In this document: positions 9,107 through 18,879 of the stretch, in pieces
Numbering within the stretch: the stretch's first letter is position 1
Layout of the letters: the number at the start of each line of letters is the position of its first letter
Source: Planctomycetota bacterium
GTDB taxonomy: Bacteria; Planctomycetota; UBA1135; UBA2386
Length of the DNA: 64,000 bases
Assembly: GCA_046290465.1 (NCBI GenBank)
Contig: JBKAGP010000001.1
Coordinates: 2,496,001-2,560,000, forward strand
Direction: 5' to 3'
Notes under the pieces: generated by a model
Database searches by the model: none
What the model was told of the DNA's origin: nothing
What the model saw: the letters and a program-made list of their open reading frames with translations, nothing else
Position numbers and translations under genes: made by a program

Positions 9107-10768
9107 ATGACCGGGACCGTCGAACTCGACCAGGGCGGCACGCACCTGCTGATCCGCTTCCAGTACCGCGAGGACCTGGTCGCGATGGTCAAGGAGCTGC
9201 CCGGACGTCGCTGGGACCCCAAGCAGAAGGTCTGGCGCGTGCCCGCCAAGAACGTGCAGGCCGTCTACGACGCCTGCTCGCGGCACTTGTTCGAGTTCGC
9301 GGCCGAGATCCCGTCGCTGCTCGCCGGCACGCTCGCGATCCCCGAGGTCCAGGACGAGCCGAAGCCGAAGAAGAAGCCGCAGCAGGGCATGCTGCTGCCG
9401 ACCGAGGAGGTCGCCGCCGAGGCCGCCGCGAACGACGCCGATGCCGCGCCGGCAGCGCTGTCGATCTCGCAGCTCAACGAGCGCGTCAAGCGCTGCATCG
9501 GCGACGCGTTCGCCGAGAACTTCTGGGTCGTCGGCGAGGTCGTCGACTTCGACAAGTCCGCGCACCGCGAGCACCGCTTCTTCCAGCTGGTCGAGAAGAT
9601 GCCGCGTGCGCAACGTCCCAAGGCGGTCGTCGAGGTCGCGATGTTCGCGCGCACGGTGCAGACGCTGCTGCCCGCGCTGGAGGCCGGCGACCCGCCGCTG
9701 ACGCTGCGCGACGGCCTCGAGATCCGTGCGCTGGTGCGCGCCGACTTCTACCCGGCGTCCGGCCGCTTCCAGGTGATCGTCAACGACATCGATCCGAGCT
9801 TCACGCTCGGCAAGCTGGCGCTGACCAAGGAACAGATCCTGCGCGAGCTCGCAGAGAAGGGCCTCGCCGAACGCAACCGCATGCTCGGCATGCCGGTGCC
9901 GGCGACGCGCATCGGCGTGCTGACCAGCCCCGATGCCGACGGCTGGAACGACTTCCTGCGCCACCTCGAGGAGTCGGGCTGCGGCTTCGACGTGACGCTG
10001 TTCCCGATCAAGGTGCAGGGCCCAGAGCTCAAGCCGACCGCGCTCGCCGGCCTGCGCTGGTTCGCCGCGCACGCCGACGACTTCGACGTGCTGTGCATCC
10101 TGCGCGGCGGCGGTTCGCGCACCGACCTCGCCTGGTTCGACGACCGCGAGGTCGCGTTCGCCGTCGCCCAGCACCCGATCAAGACCCTGGTCGGCATCGG
10201 CCACCAGCGCGACCAGTCGGTGCTCGACGCGATCGCGCAGTCGGAGAAGACCCCGACCGCGGTCGCCGAGTTCCTCGTGCGCGGCATCGAATCGGCGCGC
10301 GAGGACGTGCAGGAGCGCGGCGAACGGCTGGCCGACCTGGTCGCCGACCGGCTCGCCGACGAGCACGAACGGCTGCGCGAGCTAAGCCGTTCGATCGCGC
10401 GCAGCAGCCGCGAGCGGGTCGCCTCGGCGCAGCACCGCCTGGGCACGGCCGCGCGCGAACTGCACAACGCGACCGCGCTGCGCATGTCGCGCGAACGCGG
10501 CGAGCTGCGCCACGTCACGACGCGGCTCGTGCACCACAGCCAACGCCTGATGGAGCGCGCCGCGACGACGCTGCAGCAGGCCGAGACGCGCCGCCGCCTG
10601 CTCGATCCCAAGCGGGTGCTGCAGCGCGGCTTCGCGATCGTGCGCGGCGAGGACGGGCGGATCGCCCCGTCGGCCGCGCGCATCGGCAAGGACCAGCAAC
10701 TGCGGCTACAGTTCCGCGACGGCCGCGCCGACGTGCGCGTCGACGCGGTCGAGACCGACGAATCATGA
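9107..10768 (+). CDS. xseA: Exodeoxyribonuclease VII large subunit with extra N-terminal HARP-like domain
   Basis: OB fold (SISQLN...WVVGEV), RIGVLTS, VQG, RGGGS..DL..FD, GIGH..D, TPTAVA; followed directly by xseB. Confidence 0.93.
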   Translation: MTGTVELDQGGTHLLIRFQYREDLVAMVKELPGRRWDPKQKVWRVPAKNVQAVYDACSRHLFEFAAEIPSLLAGTLAIPEVQDEPKPKKKPQQGMLLPTEEVAAEAAANDADAAPAALSISQLNERVKRCIGDAFAENFWVVGEVVDFDKSAHREHRFFQLVEKMPRAQRPKAVVEVAMFARTVQTLLPALEAGDPPLTLRDGLEIRALVRADFYPASGRFQVIVNDIDPSFTLGKLALTKEQILRELAEKGLAERNRMLGMPVPATRIGVLTSPDADGWNDFLRHLEESGCGFDVTLFPIKVQGPELKPTALAGLRWFAAHADDFDVLCILRGGGSRTDLAWFDDREVAFAVAQHPIKTLVGIGHQRDQSVLDAIAQSEKTPTAVAEFLVRGIESAREDVQERGERLADLVADRLADEHERLRELSRSIARSSRERVASAQHRLGTAARELHNATALRMSRERGELRHVTTRLVHHSQRLMERAATTLQQAETRRRLLDPKRVLQRGFAIVRGEDGRIAPSAARIGKDQQLRLQFRDGRADVRVDAVETDES

Positions 10769-11013
10769 GCGCCAAGAAGAAGACCGACGAACCGAGCTAC
10801 GCCGAACTGAGCGGCGAGCTCGAGACCATCCTCGACGAGATCGAGTCCGGCGAGATCGACCTCGACGAACTCAGCGACAAGGTCGAGCGCGCGGCGACGC
10901 TGCTCGGCCAGTGCCGCAAGAAGCTGTCGGCGACCGAGACCAAGGTCAAGAAGGTCACCGAGGAGCTGCAGAACGCGCTCGCCGACGGCGACGACGACGG
11001 CGAGGAGGACTGA
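10765..11013 (+). CDS. xseB: Exodeoxyribonuclease VII small subunit
   Basis: SYAELSGELETILDEIESGEIDLDEL...LLGQCRKKL; ATGA overlap with xseA. Confidence 0.92.
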   Translation: MSAKKKTDEPSYAELSGELETILDEIESGEIDLDELSDKVERAATLLGQCRKKLSATETKVKKVTEELQNALADGDDDGEED

Positions 11014-11663
11014 TGGACTGGGGCCACATGATCACGCTGTTCGTGGTGCTGATCATCAGCCTCACGTGCCACGAGGCCGCGCACGGACTGTTCGCCAAGC
11101 TCGGCGGCGACCCGACCGCGTGGAACCGCGGCCTGGTCACGCTCAATCCGATCCCGCACATGAAGCGGGAGCCGGTCGGGATGATCGTGATCCCGCTGGT
11201 GATCCTGTACCTCAGTGGCGGCCGCTACTGCTTCGGCGGCGCCAGCGCGCCGATCGACGGCTACTGGGCGGCGCGCCACCCGAAGAAGGCCGCGCTGATG
11301 TCGTTCGCGGGGCCGCTGGCGAACTTCGTGCTCGCTGCGATCGGGTTTGGGGTGATGTACTTCATCGCCCGACCCGACCCGGACATCGGTTGGCAAGGCA
11401 CGACCTTCGACATCGCGCACGTGCTGTTCTACCTCAACCTGCTGCTCGGGTTGTTCAACCTGCTGCCGTTGCCCCCATTTGATGGCGCCGGCTTCGTTGG
11501 GGGCATGATCCGGCCGATGCAGCGCATCTATGACGCCTACTCGCGGATCCCGCTCTATGGCGTGATCAGCATGTTGATCGCGTGGCAACTGCTGCCGTAC
11601 GTGTTCGATCCCGCGTACGACCTGGTCACCGACTGGCTGCCGTACAGCCCACGGTTCCGCTGG
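11013..11663 (+). CDS. Site-2 protease (peptidase M50) family protein; expected stop codon missing
   Basis: HEAAH zinc motif, AGPLAN and NLLPLPPFDG. The protein-like sequence ends near 11660, but the frame stays open to 12530, antisense over the next gene. Confidence 0.85.
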
Positions 11664-11694
11664 AAGCGCGTCCATGTAGTGGACGCGCTCCTAG
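11660..11694 (+). repeat. Short palindromic copy of the CTAG-bounded repeat element
   Basis: CTGGAAGCGCGTCCA-TGTAG-TGGACGCGCTCCTAG; same hairpin as at 40519 and 29179. Confidence 0.85.
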
Positions 11695-12947
11695 CGCCCC
11701 GTCAGCGCCCGGCGCACCATCTCCCCCGCCATCCGGCACGGGCTCATCGAACGCTCGTAGGCGAACTCCGGATCCACGGCCTCCTGCTCGCGCATCAGGT
11801 AGCCGACCTCGTCGTCACACAGACCGAGGACGACCAGGTCGGGCCGGCCCAGCTCACCGCGCACCTGCTGCGCCAGCGCCGGCTCCATCTCGCCCGGCAC
11901 CGCGACCGCCTCGAACGCGCCGATGCGCAGGTAGCCGACCGACGTGCGGGCCGCGCCGTCGAACAGCTCGCGCTGCAGCGACGTGGTCGCGCGCCCGATG
12001 CGGAACGCGGCGCTGATCATCGGCAGGTAGAGGTCGCTGCGGCGCACCTCGATCGCGTCGACCGGCAGCGCTTCGCCGTCCTCGAGCGCTCGCTCGCACA
12101 GCGCGCAGATCCGACGACCGAACTCCGCCACGCCGGTCATGTCGTTGGGTCGGAACTGCGGCGTGATCATCGCGCCGAGCGCGCCGTTGGCGAACACCGC
12201 CTGGCCGTGGCCGCGGCGCTGCCACTCGTCGCACAGCGCGCCGACGAAGTCCGCGCTGACCAGCGTGTTCTTGCGGCGCAGCACCTCCGGGTGACACGCC
12301 ATGTGCAGCAGCGTGCCGAGCGGCCGGCCGTCGTCGACGGCCTGCGCGTGCAGCACGCGCACACGCCGGTCGAACACGCCGCTGCGGTTCGAGTTGCGCA
12401 CCAGGCCCTGTTCGGGCAGCAGCGACACGCCCTGGCGCAGCACCGCCGGCGCCGCGTTGGCGCGCGCCTCGGCGGTCGCTTCGCGCACCGCCTTGCGCAG
12501 CCGACCGATGTAGCGGCCGTCGCGTCCTGAGGTCAGGAAGTAGTAGCCCCAGATCCCGATCGGGTCGGGGCCGGCGTGGGTGTGGCTCGAACAGACGAAC
12601 ACGTCGCCGTTCGCGAAGCCCGCCATGCCCGACTTGATGTAGTCGACGTCCTCACGCATCAGCCCGAGGCTGTCGATGCCGACGATCGCGAACCGGCGCG
12701 TCGCGGTCTCGAACACCAGCACGCGCACCTCGAGCGGCGAGCCGATGCCGGTGCTGGTGCGCGCCAGGTCGAAGCCGCCCAGGTAGTCGCCGACCGCCGG
12801 CGTGACGTCGCGCGCGGCGCTGCCGACGCGCAGCGTGCTCGCATCGGCCTTCGCCAGATAGGTCTCGACCCGATCCGGAGCCGCGCGCTGGAAGATGCCG
12901 GCGCAACCGGCGAGCAACCACAGCAGCGCCAGCGACAGCCAGCGCAT
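11691..12947 (-). CDS. Lipoprotein, neutral/alkaline ceramidase-like hydrolase
   Basis: Lipobox LAGC; SSHTHAGPD, ACHPE, SADF, GALG and VPGE motifs. Confidence 0.8.
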   Translation of the reverse strand: MRWLSLALLWLLAGCAGIFQRAAPDRVETYLAKADASTLRVGSAARDVTPAVGDYLGGFDLARTSTGIGSPLEVRVLVFETATRRFAIVGIDSLGLMREDVDYIKSGMAGFANGDVFVCSSHTHAGPDPIGIWGYYFLTSGRDGRYIGRLRKAVREATAEARANAAPAVLRQGVSLLPEQGLVRNSNRSGVFDRRVRVLHAQAVDDGRPLGTLLHMACHPEVLRRKNTLVSADFVGALCDEWQRRGHGQAVFANGALGAMITPQFRPNDMTGVAEFGRRICALCERALEDGEALPVDAIEVRRSDLYLPMISAAFRIGRATTSLQRELFDGAARTSVGYLRIGAFEAVAVPGEMEPALAQQVRGELGRPDLVVLGLCDDEVGYLMREQEAVDPEFAYERSMSPCRMAGEMVRRALTGR

Positions 12948-13894
12948 CAGCTGGTCTCGAGCAGGTCGAGGGCCTCGCCGAGGGTCGCGTGCGCGTCGGG
13001 CGCCGAGCGACGGTTGGCCGCGCGCAGGCTGCGCAGGTAGCGGATCAGCACCTCGCGGTCGTTGAGATCGCGCAGGTGTTCGCGCACCCGGTCGTAGCCG
13101 TTGCTGCGCAGGTAGCGCGCGCAGTCGGCTTTGGTCACGACGCGGCCGCCGTGGAACGGGTCGAGCAGCAGCGGCCGCGGGCCGTGCAGGCGCACCAGGA
13201 AGTGGTCCGGCAGCGCGACGCCGGCGGCCGACAGGCCCGCCCACCGCGCCACCAGCAGGTAGATCAGCGACAGCGCGATCGGCGCGCCGACCTTGCTGGC
13301 CATGACCCGGTCGATCAGCACGCGATCGATCAGCTCGCGGTCGATGTCGTCGCGCTCGATGTCGTCGCGCTCGAACAGCTCCTGCACCAGCTGCACGTGG
13401 TCGACGTCGAGCTGGTCGGCGTCACAACCGGTCAGGCCGAGCTGGTCGTGCAGGCGTTCGGCGAGCAGCCGCGCACAGGTCGGCAGGCTGCGACCGTCGC
13501 ACTCGCGCCGCAGCGAACCGGCCTCGCGACGCAGCTGCGCGGCGAGGCTGCGCGTCTCGGGCACGAACGTGCGCACCATCCTGGCCGCGAGCACCGCGCC
13601 CTCGAGCAGCCCCGGCGCCGACGCCCGGCCGATCTGGTCGAGCTGCAGTTCGCCGAAGCGACGCAGCACGGCGCGCACCTCGATCGCACGCAGCAGCGAA
13701 CGGCAGCGCGTGCGCGTCGACATGTGCTCGGCCTCGGCGCCCTCGCGCAGCTGCGGCACGGCGAGCTCGCCCCACGCCAGCAGCCGCTTGCGCGCCGACT
13801 CCTGCAGCGGGCCGCGGTCGTCACCGAGGACGCCGATCATCGCGGCGATCTGCGCGACGGTCGGCTCAGAGGGCTGCGGCTTTGGGTCACTCAT
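12947..13894 (-). CDS. SirB1/transglutaminase-like domain protein
   Basis: GAPIALSLIYLLVA...GVALPDHFLVR...LLDPFHGG is the SirB1 N-terminal pattern. Confidence 0.8.
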   Translation of the reverse strand: MSDPKPQPSEPTVAQIAAMIGVLGDDRGPLQESARKRLLAWGELAVPQLREGAEAEHMSTRTRCRSLLRAIEVRAVLRRFGELQLDQIGRASAPGLLEGAVLAARMVRTFVPETRSLAAQLRREAGSLRRECDGRSLPTCARLLAERLHDQLGLTGCDADQLDVDHVQLVQELFERDDIERDDIDRELIDRVLIDRVMASKVGAPIALSLIYLLVARWAGLSAAGVALPDHFLVRLHGPRPLLLDPFHGGRVVTKADCARYLRSNGYDRVREHLRDLNDREVLIRYLRSLRAANRRSAPDAHATLGEALDLLETS

Positions 13895-14097
13895 GCGTGC
13901 GGGGCGGCTGCGAGCATACACATGGAAGGGACCGCGTCACCCGCGCAGTCCCGAGCGATTGCCCGGTTCGCGCGGGCGCTGCGCCGGAGGCCACGGCAAG
14001 CTGGCGAACGGCGCGCGCACGGCTCGCAGCGGAACTTCCCGTCGCAAGGTGGCTGTCGCGCACGACTGTCGAGAATCGCGTCACCATCCGTTCCCTC

Positions 14098-15540
14098 ATG
14101 GACGACTCTGCACAGAAATCGTCTCTCTCCATGTCGGCCGACGAGTTTCGGCGACTGGGTCATCTCGTCGTCGACTGGCTCGCCGACTACCGGCAGAACG
14201 TCGCGCAACGACCCGTTTCGTGCACGTCCGAGCCCGGGGCGTTGCTGGCTGCACTGCCCGAGGATCCGCCCGCGCAGCCCGAGGGCTTCGAGGCGCTGCT
14301 GCGCGACATGGACGACCTGATCGTGCCCAACCTCGCGCACTGGCAGCACCCCGACTTCTTCGCCTACTTCCCGTCCAACGGCGACCTCTCGGCCGTGCTC
14401 GGCGACCTGCTGAGCACCGGCCTCGGCGTGCTGGGCCTCACCTGGGAGTCGGCGCCGGCGCTGACCGAGCTCGAGGACCGCGTCTGCGACTGGCTGCGCC
14501 GGATGAGCGGCCTGGCCGACGACTGGCAGGGCGTCATCCAGGACACCGCGTCGTCGTGCACGATGATCGCGCTGGTCGCGGCCCGCGAACGCGCGACCGG
14601 ACACGGCGCCGTGCACAAGGGCATGCAGCACGGTGAGGCGCCGCTGGTCGTCTACACCAGCGAGCAGGCGCACAGTTCGGTGCAGAAGGCCGCGATGCTG
14701 GCGGGCTTCGGCATGGAGCACGTTCGCAGCGTCGCGGTCGACGGCGACCGCGCGTTCGACGTCGAGGCGCTGCGCCGCTGCATCGAGCAGGACGTGCGCC
14801 AGGGGCTGCGACCGTGCGCGATCGTCGCGACCACCGGCACCACCACCACCACCGCGTTCGATCCGATCGATGCGCTCGCCGACGTCGCCGAACGGCACGG
14901 CGTCTGGCTGCACGTCGACGGCGCGATGGCCGGCACCGCGATGATCCTGCCGGAGTGCCGCGAGCTGTGGCGCGGCATCGACCGGGCCGACTCGCTGGTG
15001 GTCAACCCGCACAAGTGGCTCGGCGCGTCGTTCGACTGCTCGGTGTTCTACGTTCGCGACGACCAGCACCTGGTGCGCGTGATGCGCACCGACCCGAGCT
15101 ACCTGCGCACCGAGTTCGACGACCGCGTCAAGACCTACCGCGACTGGGGCGTCGCGCTCGGCCGCCGCTTCCGCGCCCTCAAGCTGTGGAGCCTGATCCG
15201 CACGCACGGCACCGAACGGCTGCAGGCGCGGATCCGACGCGACCTGCAGAACGCCCGCTGGCTGGCCGAACGCATCGAGGCCGCGCCCGGCTGGCGACTG
15301 CTCGCGCCGGTCCGGCTGCAGACGCTGTGCGTGCGCCACGAACCCGACGGCCTCGACGGCGAGGCGCTCGACGCGCACACCCGGAGCTGGCTGGCCAAGG
15401 TGCACGCGAGCGGTCGCGCCTGGCTGACGCCGGCGACGCTCGACGGCCGCTGGATGGTGCGCATCTCGGTCGGTGCGCTGCAGACCGAACGCGCCCACTG
15501 CGACGCGCTCTGGCGGCTGCTGCAGGACGCGGTCGCCTGA
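14098..15540 (+). CDS. PLP-dependent aromatic-L-amino-acid (group II) decarboxylase
   Basis: HWQHP.FFAYFP, SPA-like SAPALTELE, AHSSV.KA, WLHVDGA, NPHKW (PLP lysine), GRRFRALKLW. Confidence 0.93.
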   Translation: MDDSAQKSSLSMSADEFRRLGHLVVDWLADYRQNVAQRPVSCTSEPGALLAALPEDPPAQPEGFEALLRDMDDLIVPNLAHWQHPDFFAYFPSNGDLSAVLGDLLSTGLGVLGLTWESAPALTELEDRVCDWLRRMSGLADDWQGVIQDTASSCTMIALVAARERATGHGAVHKGMQHGEAPLVVYTSEQAHSSVQKAAMLAGFGMEHVRSVAVDGDRAFDVEALRRCIEQDVRQGLRPCAIVATTGTTTTTAFDPIDALADVAERHGVWLHVDGAMAGTAMILPECRELWRGIDRADSLVVNPHKWLGASFDCSVFYVRDDQHLVRVMRTDPSYLRTEFDDRVKTYRDWGVALGRRFRALKLWSLIRTHGTERLQARIRRDLQNARWLAERIEAAPGWRLLAPVRLQTLCVRHEPDGLDGEALDAHTRSWLAKVHASGRAWLTPATLDGRWMVRISVGALQTERAHCDALWRLLQDAVA

Positions 15541-17331
15541 TCAGCCGGCCTCGACCGGCAGGCTGACCTGGAACGTCGTGCCGCTACCGGGCTCGCTGCG
15601 CACCGAGATCGTGCCGCCGTGCGACTCGACCGCCGCCCTCGCCAACGTCAGCCCGAGGCCGGTGCCCTGCGCCTTGTCGATCATCTGGTCGCGCCCGACC
15701 TGCGCGAACGGCTCGAACACCCGCTGCAGGTCTTCGGCCGCGATGCCGACCCCGTGGTCGCGGATGCGCACCAGCACCCGCGCGCCGTCGCGGCGCACCT
15801 CGACCTCGATCGGCTTGCTGCTGGCGCTGAACTTGCCGGCGTTGTCGAGCAGCCGGCTCCACGTCTCGGTCAGCCGGTAGCCGTCGCCGACGACCGTCGG
15901 CAGGTCCTCGTCGCAGCTCAGCTCTACCCGTTCGCGCAGCTCGGGCGCCATCGCGTCGATCGCCGCCTGCACGCTCGCCTGCACGTCGACGGACGACTTG
16001 GTGCTGGTCGCCCCCTGCCCGAGTTCGAGCACGTCGTCGAGCAGCTGCGCCAGGCGCTTGGCGCCGTGCAGCGCGATGCCGCTGAACTCCTCGCGCACGC
16101 TGCCGTCCTCGTCGCCGTCGATCTGGGTGAGGATCTCGGTCGCGCCGAGGATCTCCGCCATCGGGGTGCGGAACTCGTGGCTGACGTTGGTGACGAACTC
16201 GGCCTTGGCCTTGACCGCCGCCAGCGCGGCGTCGCGCGAGGCGACCAGCTCCCGTTCGGTCTGCTCGCGACGCGCGATGTTCTCCTGCAGACGCTGGGCC
16301 ATGTCGTTGAACGCCCAGCCGAGCTCGCCGAACTCGTCGCGGCTCTCGATCCAGACACGCACGTCGAGTTCGCCGCGGCCGAGCCGCTGGGTCGCATCGC
16401 GCAGCGAGACGATCGGGTCCAGCGTGCGCCGCATCTGCACCAGGCTGCCGAGCACGACGAACAGCAGCGTGCAGACCGCGGTCAGCCAGAACCAGCGCAC
16501 GAACGCGTTGCCGACCGCGAACGCCTCGGCCTGCGAACGTGACTGCACCACCCACAGGTCGAGCCCATACTGCGGCTGCAGGAACGCGTGCCAGTAGCGA
16601 CCGAGGTGGGGCTCGCCGTCGACCTGCCACTCGATCGACCCGGAGGACGCCTGCCGGGTGACGCCGGCGGCGAGGATCTGCGAGCGCGGCAGTTCGCGGA
16701 AGGTGTGGAACAGCACGCGCCCGAGACGGTCGCAGGCGGCGAACTCGCAGTTGACGCCGCGCAGCTCCTGCGGGTCCCAGAACCACTGGCCGCGCACGCG
16801 CCCGACCACCCGGGTCTCGAACTCGTCCTCGGGATCGATCTCGATCACCATCAGCAGCGACACGCCGTCGTCGGCGACCAGCGCCAGCGGCAGCCCGCGG
16901 CGCACGTGCGCCAGCTGTTCGGCGCCGAGCTGCAGCTGCGGCGCCGGCTCGTCCCCGACCAGCGCCTCGACGCGGTCGCCGTCGAGCAGCCAGACCGCCT
17001 CGCAGTGTTCGCGAACCTGCCCCTTGAGCGCCTCGCCGCCGGAGAACCGGCCCTCGGCGCGCGAGCTCTGCACCAGGTCGGCCGTCAGCCGCAGGTCGCC
17101 GGCGACCTGGCCGAGCCGCGCCGCGATGCCCATGCCCGAGGTCTTGGCCGCGTTGTGCAGCGTCGCGCGCAGGTCGGCGTGCATCTGCTGCGAGACGCGC
17201 GTCACCGACAAGGTCGCGAACACGATCAGCGGCAGCAGCGCGCACAGCCCGAACAGCAGCACGAAGCGCCGGCCGAGGCGCGACGTCAGCGCGCCCATGC
17301 CGGACGCGCGCAGGCTGTTCGCGTCGGCCAC
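15541..17331 (-). CDS. Membrane sensor histidine kinase (periplasmic sensor, HAMP, HisKA, HATPase)
   Basis: Two TMs; HAMP SRDEFGELGWAFNDM; H-box VSHEFRTP; N-box LLDNAGKF; G-boxes DHGVGI and GTGLGL. Confidence 0.93.
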   Translation of the reverse strand: MADANSLRASGMGALTSRLGRRFVLLFGLCALLPLIVFATLSVTRVSQQMHADLRATLHNAAKTSGMGIAARLGQVAGDLRLTADLVQSSRAEGRFSGGEALKGQVREHCEAVWLLDGDRVEALVGDEPAPQLQLGAEQLAHVRRGLPLALVADDGVSLLMVIEIDPEDEFETRVVGRVRGQWFWDPQELRGVNCEFAACDRLGRVLFHTFRELPRSQILAAGVTRQASSGSIEWQVDGEPHLGRYWHAFLQPQYGLDLWVVQSRSQAEAFAVGNAFVRWFWLTAVCTLLFVVLGSLVQMRRTLDPIVSLRDATQRLGRGELDVRVWIESRDEFGELGWAFNDMAQRLQENIARREQTERELVASRDAALAAVKAKAEFVTNVSHEFRTPMAEILGATEILTQIDGDEDGSVREEFSGIALHGAKRLAQLLDDVLELGQGATSTKSSVDVQASVQAAIDAMAPELRERVELSCDEDLPTVVGDGYRLTETWSRLLDNAGKFSASSKPIEVEVRRDGARVLVRIRDHGVGIAAEDLQRVFEPFAQVGRDQMIDKAQGTGLGLTLARAAVESHGGTISVRSEPGSGTTFQVSLPVEAG

Positions 17332-17332
17332 C

Positions 17333-17986
17333 TCAGGCTCCCCCGGGCTGCCCCACCGGCTCCGCCTCGGCCACCGCCGTCTCGAACGGCAGCGCTACGT
17401 CGTCCGGCGTATCGACGTGGTCGAACGTGCGCACGGCGCTGTCGAGCTGCTCGCACGACGCGACCAGCTGGCGCAGCTCCTCGGGGGTCTCGTCGAGCTG
17501 TTCGTCGAGCGCGGCGACGCGGCGGCGCACGTCGAGCTGCGCCCTGCGGATCGCCTCGACGCGGGCCGCGACGCCGGCCACGGCGCGGTTCAGCACTACG
17601 ACCTCGTCCTTGAGGAAGTCGGCCGAGCGCGTGCGCAGCGGCGGCGGCATCTTGCCGTCCGCGAGCAGCCGCAGGTTGCGCTTGTAGCGCACCATCGGGC
17701 CGGCGATCCGGTGCGAGAACCGCACCGCGCCGACCACGACGATCACCAGGCACACGCCGGCGATCGCCCAGAACCGTTCGTGCAGGTAGAGCATCACGAT
17801 CGACTGCTCCTCGAAGGCGTCCTCGTGGCCGGCCGCGCCGAGGTTCCACAGCAGCGGTGCGAAGATGCCGAGGCCGATCGCCGCCAGCACGACGACCCCG
17901 TAGACCAGGCCGTGTGCGATCAGGCTGCCCTGCAGCTTCCAGTCGACGATGTAGCGCCAGCGGCGAAACCGAGCGGGTCCGTTCAT
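17333..17986 (-). CDS. Two-TM HAMP/coiled-coil membrane protein without output domain
   Basis: RYIVDWKLQ, two TMs, FSHRIAGPMVRY...LRTRSADFL, then coiled coil. Confidence 0.75.
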   Translation of the reverse strand: MNGPARFRRWRYIVDWKLQGSLIAHGLVYGVVVLAAIGLGIFAPLLWNLGAAGHEDAFEEQSIVMLYLHERFWAIAGVCLVIVVVGAVRFSHRIAGPMVRYKRNLRLLADGKMPPPLRTRSADFLKDEVVVLNRAVAGVAARVEAIRRAQLDVRRRVAALDEQLDETPEELRQLVASCEQLDSAVRTFDHVDTPDDVALPFETAVAEAEPVGQPGGA

Positions 17987-18729
17987 CAGTAGTCCGAGGC
18001 GAGGCCGAAGAAGCCGCCGTTGTTGGCGCGGATCACGTCGTCGAGACCGACCGAGTCGCCGAGCGACGTCGCGGTCTGGTGGTCCGGGCCGAGGCTGAAC
18101 AGGTCGTAGTCCGTGTTGAGCGGAAACAGGTAGCGGTCGCGACGACGCGTGGTCTCGGTCGGCACGCTGGTGAAGATCGAGAACGAACCGCCGGCGCTCT
18201 CGACCGCGTCGGCGATCGCGCCGCGTTCGGTCAGGCTCAGCGTGCGGCCGATGCGGGTGCCGATCGCGTCGTAGTCGAGCTGCGAACTGGCCCGGTGCGC
18301 GTCCATGTCGGCCGTCTGCGGGCCGCCCGCCGCGCTGCCCCCGTCGCCGCCGCGGCCCGAACCGTCGATCGGCGCGAACGCCGAAGGATCGACGATGCCC
18401 GCGTCGATCGCCCAGTCGAGCCCATCGCCGGTGCTGTCGGCGTAGTTGAGGTAGCAGTAGGCGACGCCCCACGGGTCCCGCTTGCCGCCGAAGCCGACCT
18501 GGTAGAGCGACAGCGGCAGCTGGCCGCCGTTGGTCGCCGTGAACGAGTCGATCGCGTTCGAGATCGTCTTGAGCTCGTGCTTGGCCTTGCCGATCCGCGC
18601 CGTTCGCAGCGCGCCGACGTACTGCGGCACCCCGATCGAGGCGATGATCGCCAGGATCGAGACCACGATCATCAACTCGAGCAGCGTGAAGCCGCCCTGC
18701 CGCGTGGCCGGAGCAGGAACGATGCGCAT
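17986..18729 (-). CDS. Prepilin-type N-terminal cleavage/methylation protein (GspG-like pseudopilin)
   Basis: G|FTLLE class III signal with hydrophobic helix; DPWG and YDLFSLGPD...DDVI motifs resemble the GspG C-terminus. Confidence 0.88.
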   Translation of the reverse strand: MRIVPAPATRQGGFTLLELMIVVSILAIIASIGVPQYVGALRTARIGKAKHELKTISNAIDSFTATNGGQLPLSLYQVGFGGKRDPWGVAYCYLNYADSTGDGLDWAIDAGIVDPSAFAPIDGSGRGGDGGSAAGGPQTADMDAHRASSQLDYDAIGTRIGRTLSLTERGAIADAVESAGGSFSIFTSVPTETTRRRDRYLFPLNTDYDLFSLGPDHQTATSLGDSVGLDDVIRANNGGFFGLASDY

Positions 18730-18879
18730 GACTCCGGATATCGGAATCCCATGGCGGGACTCCTGAGTCGGGCTCGTCGGTGCCCCGTAAAAACCCCGAG
18801 ACCTGCAGGCGGCGGGTCGTGGGGTCGTTGGCGAGGAGCGCCGGAGCGGGCTGCCTGGCGCGTGGGCCTGGCACAAGGT

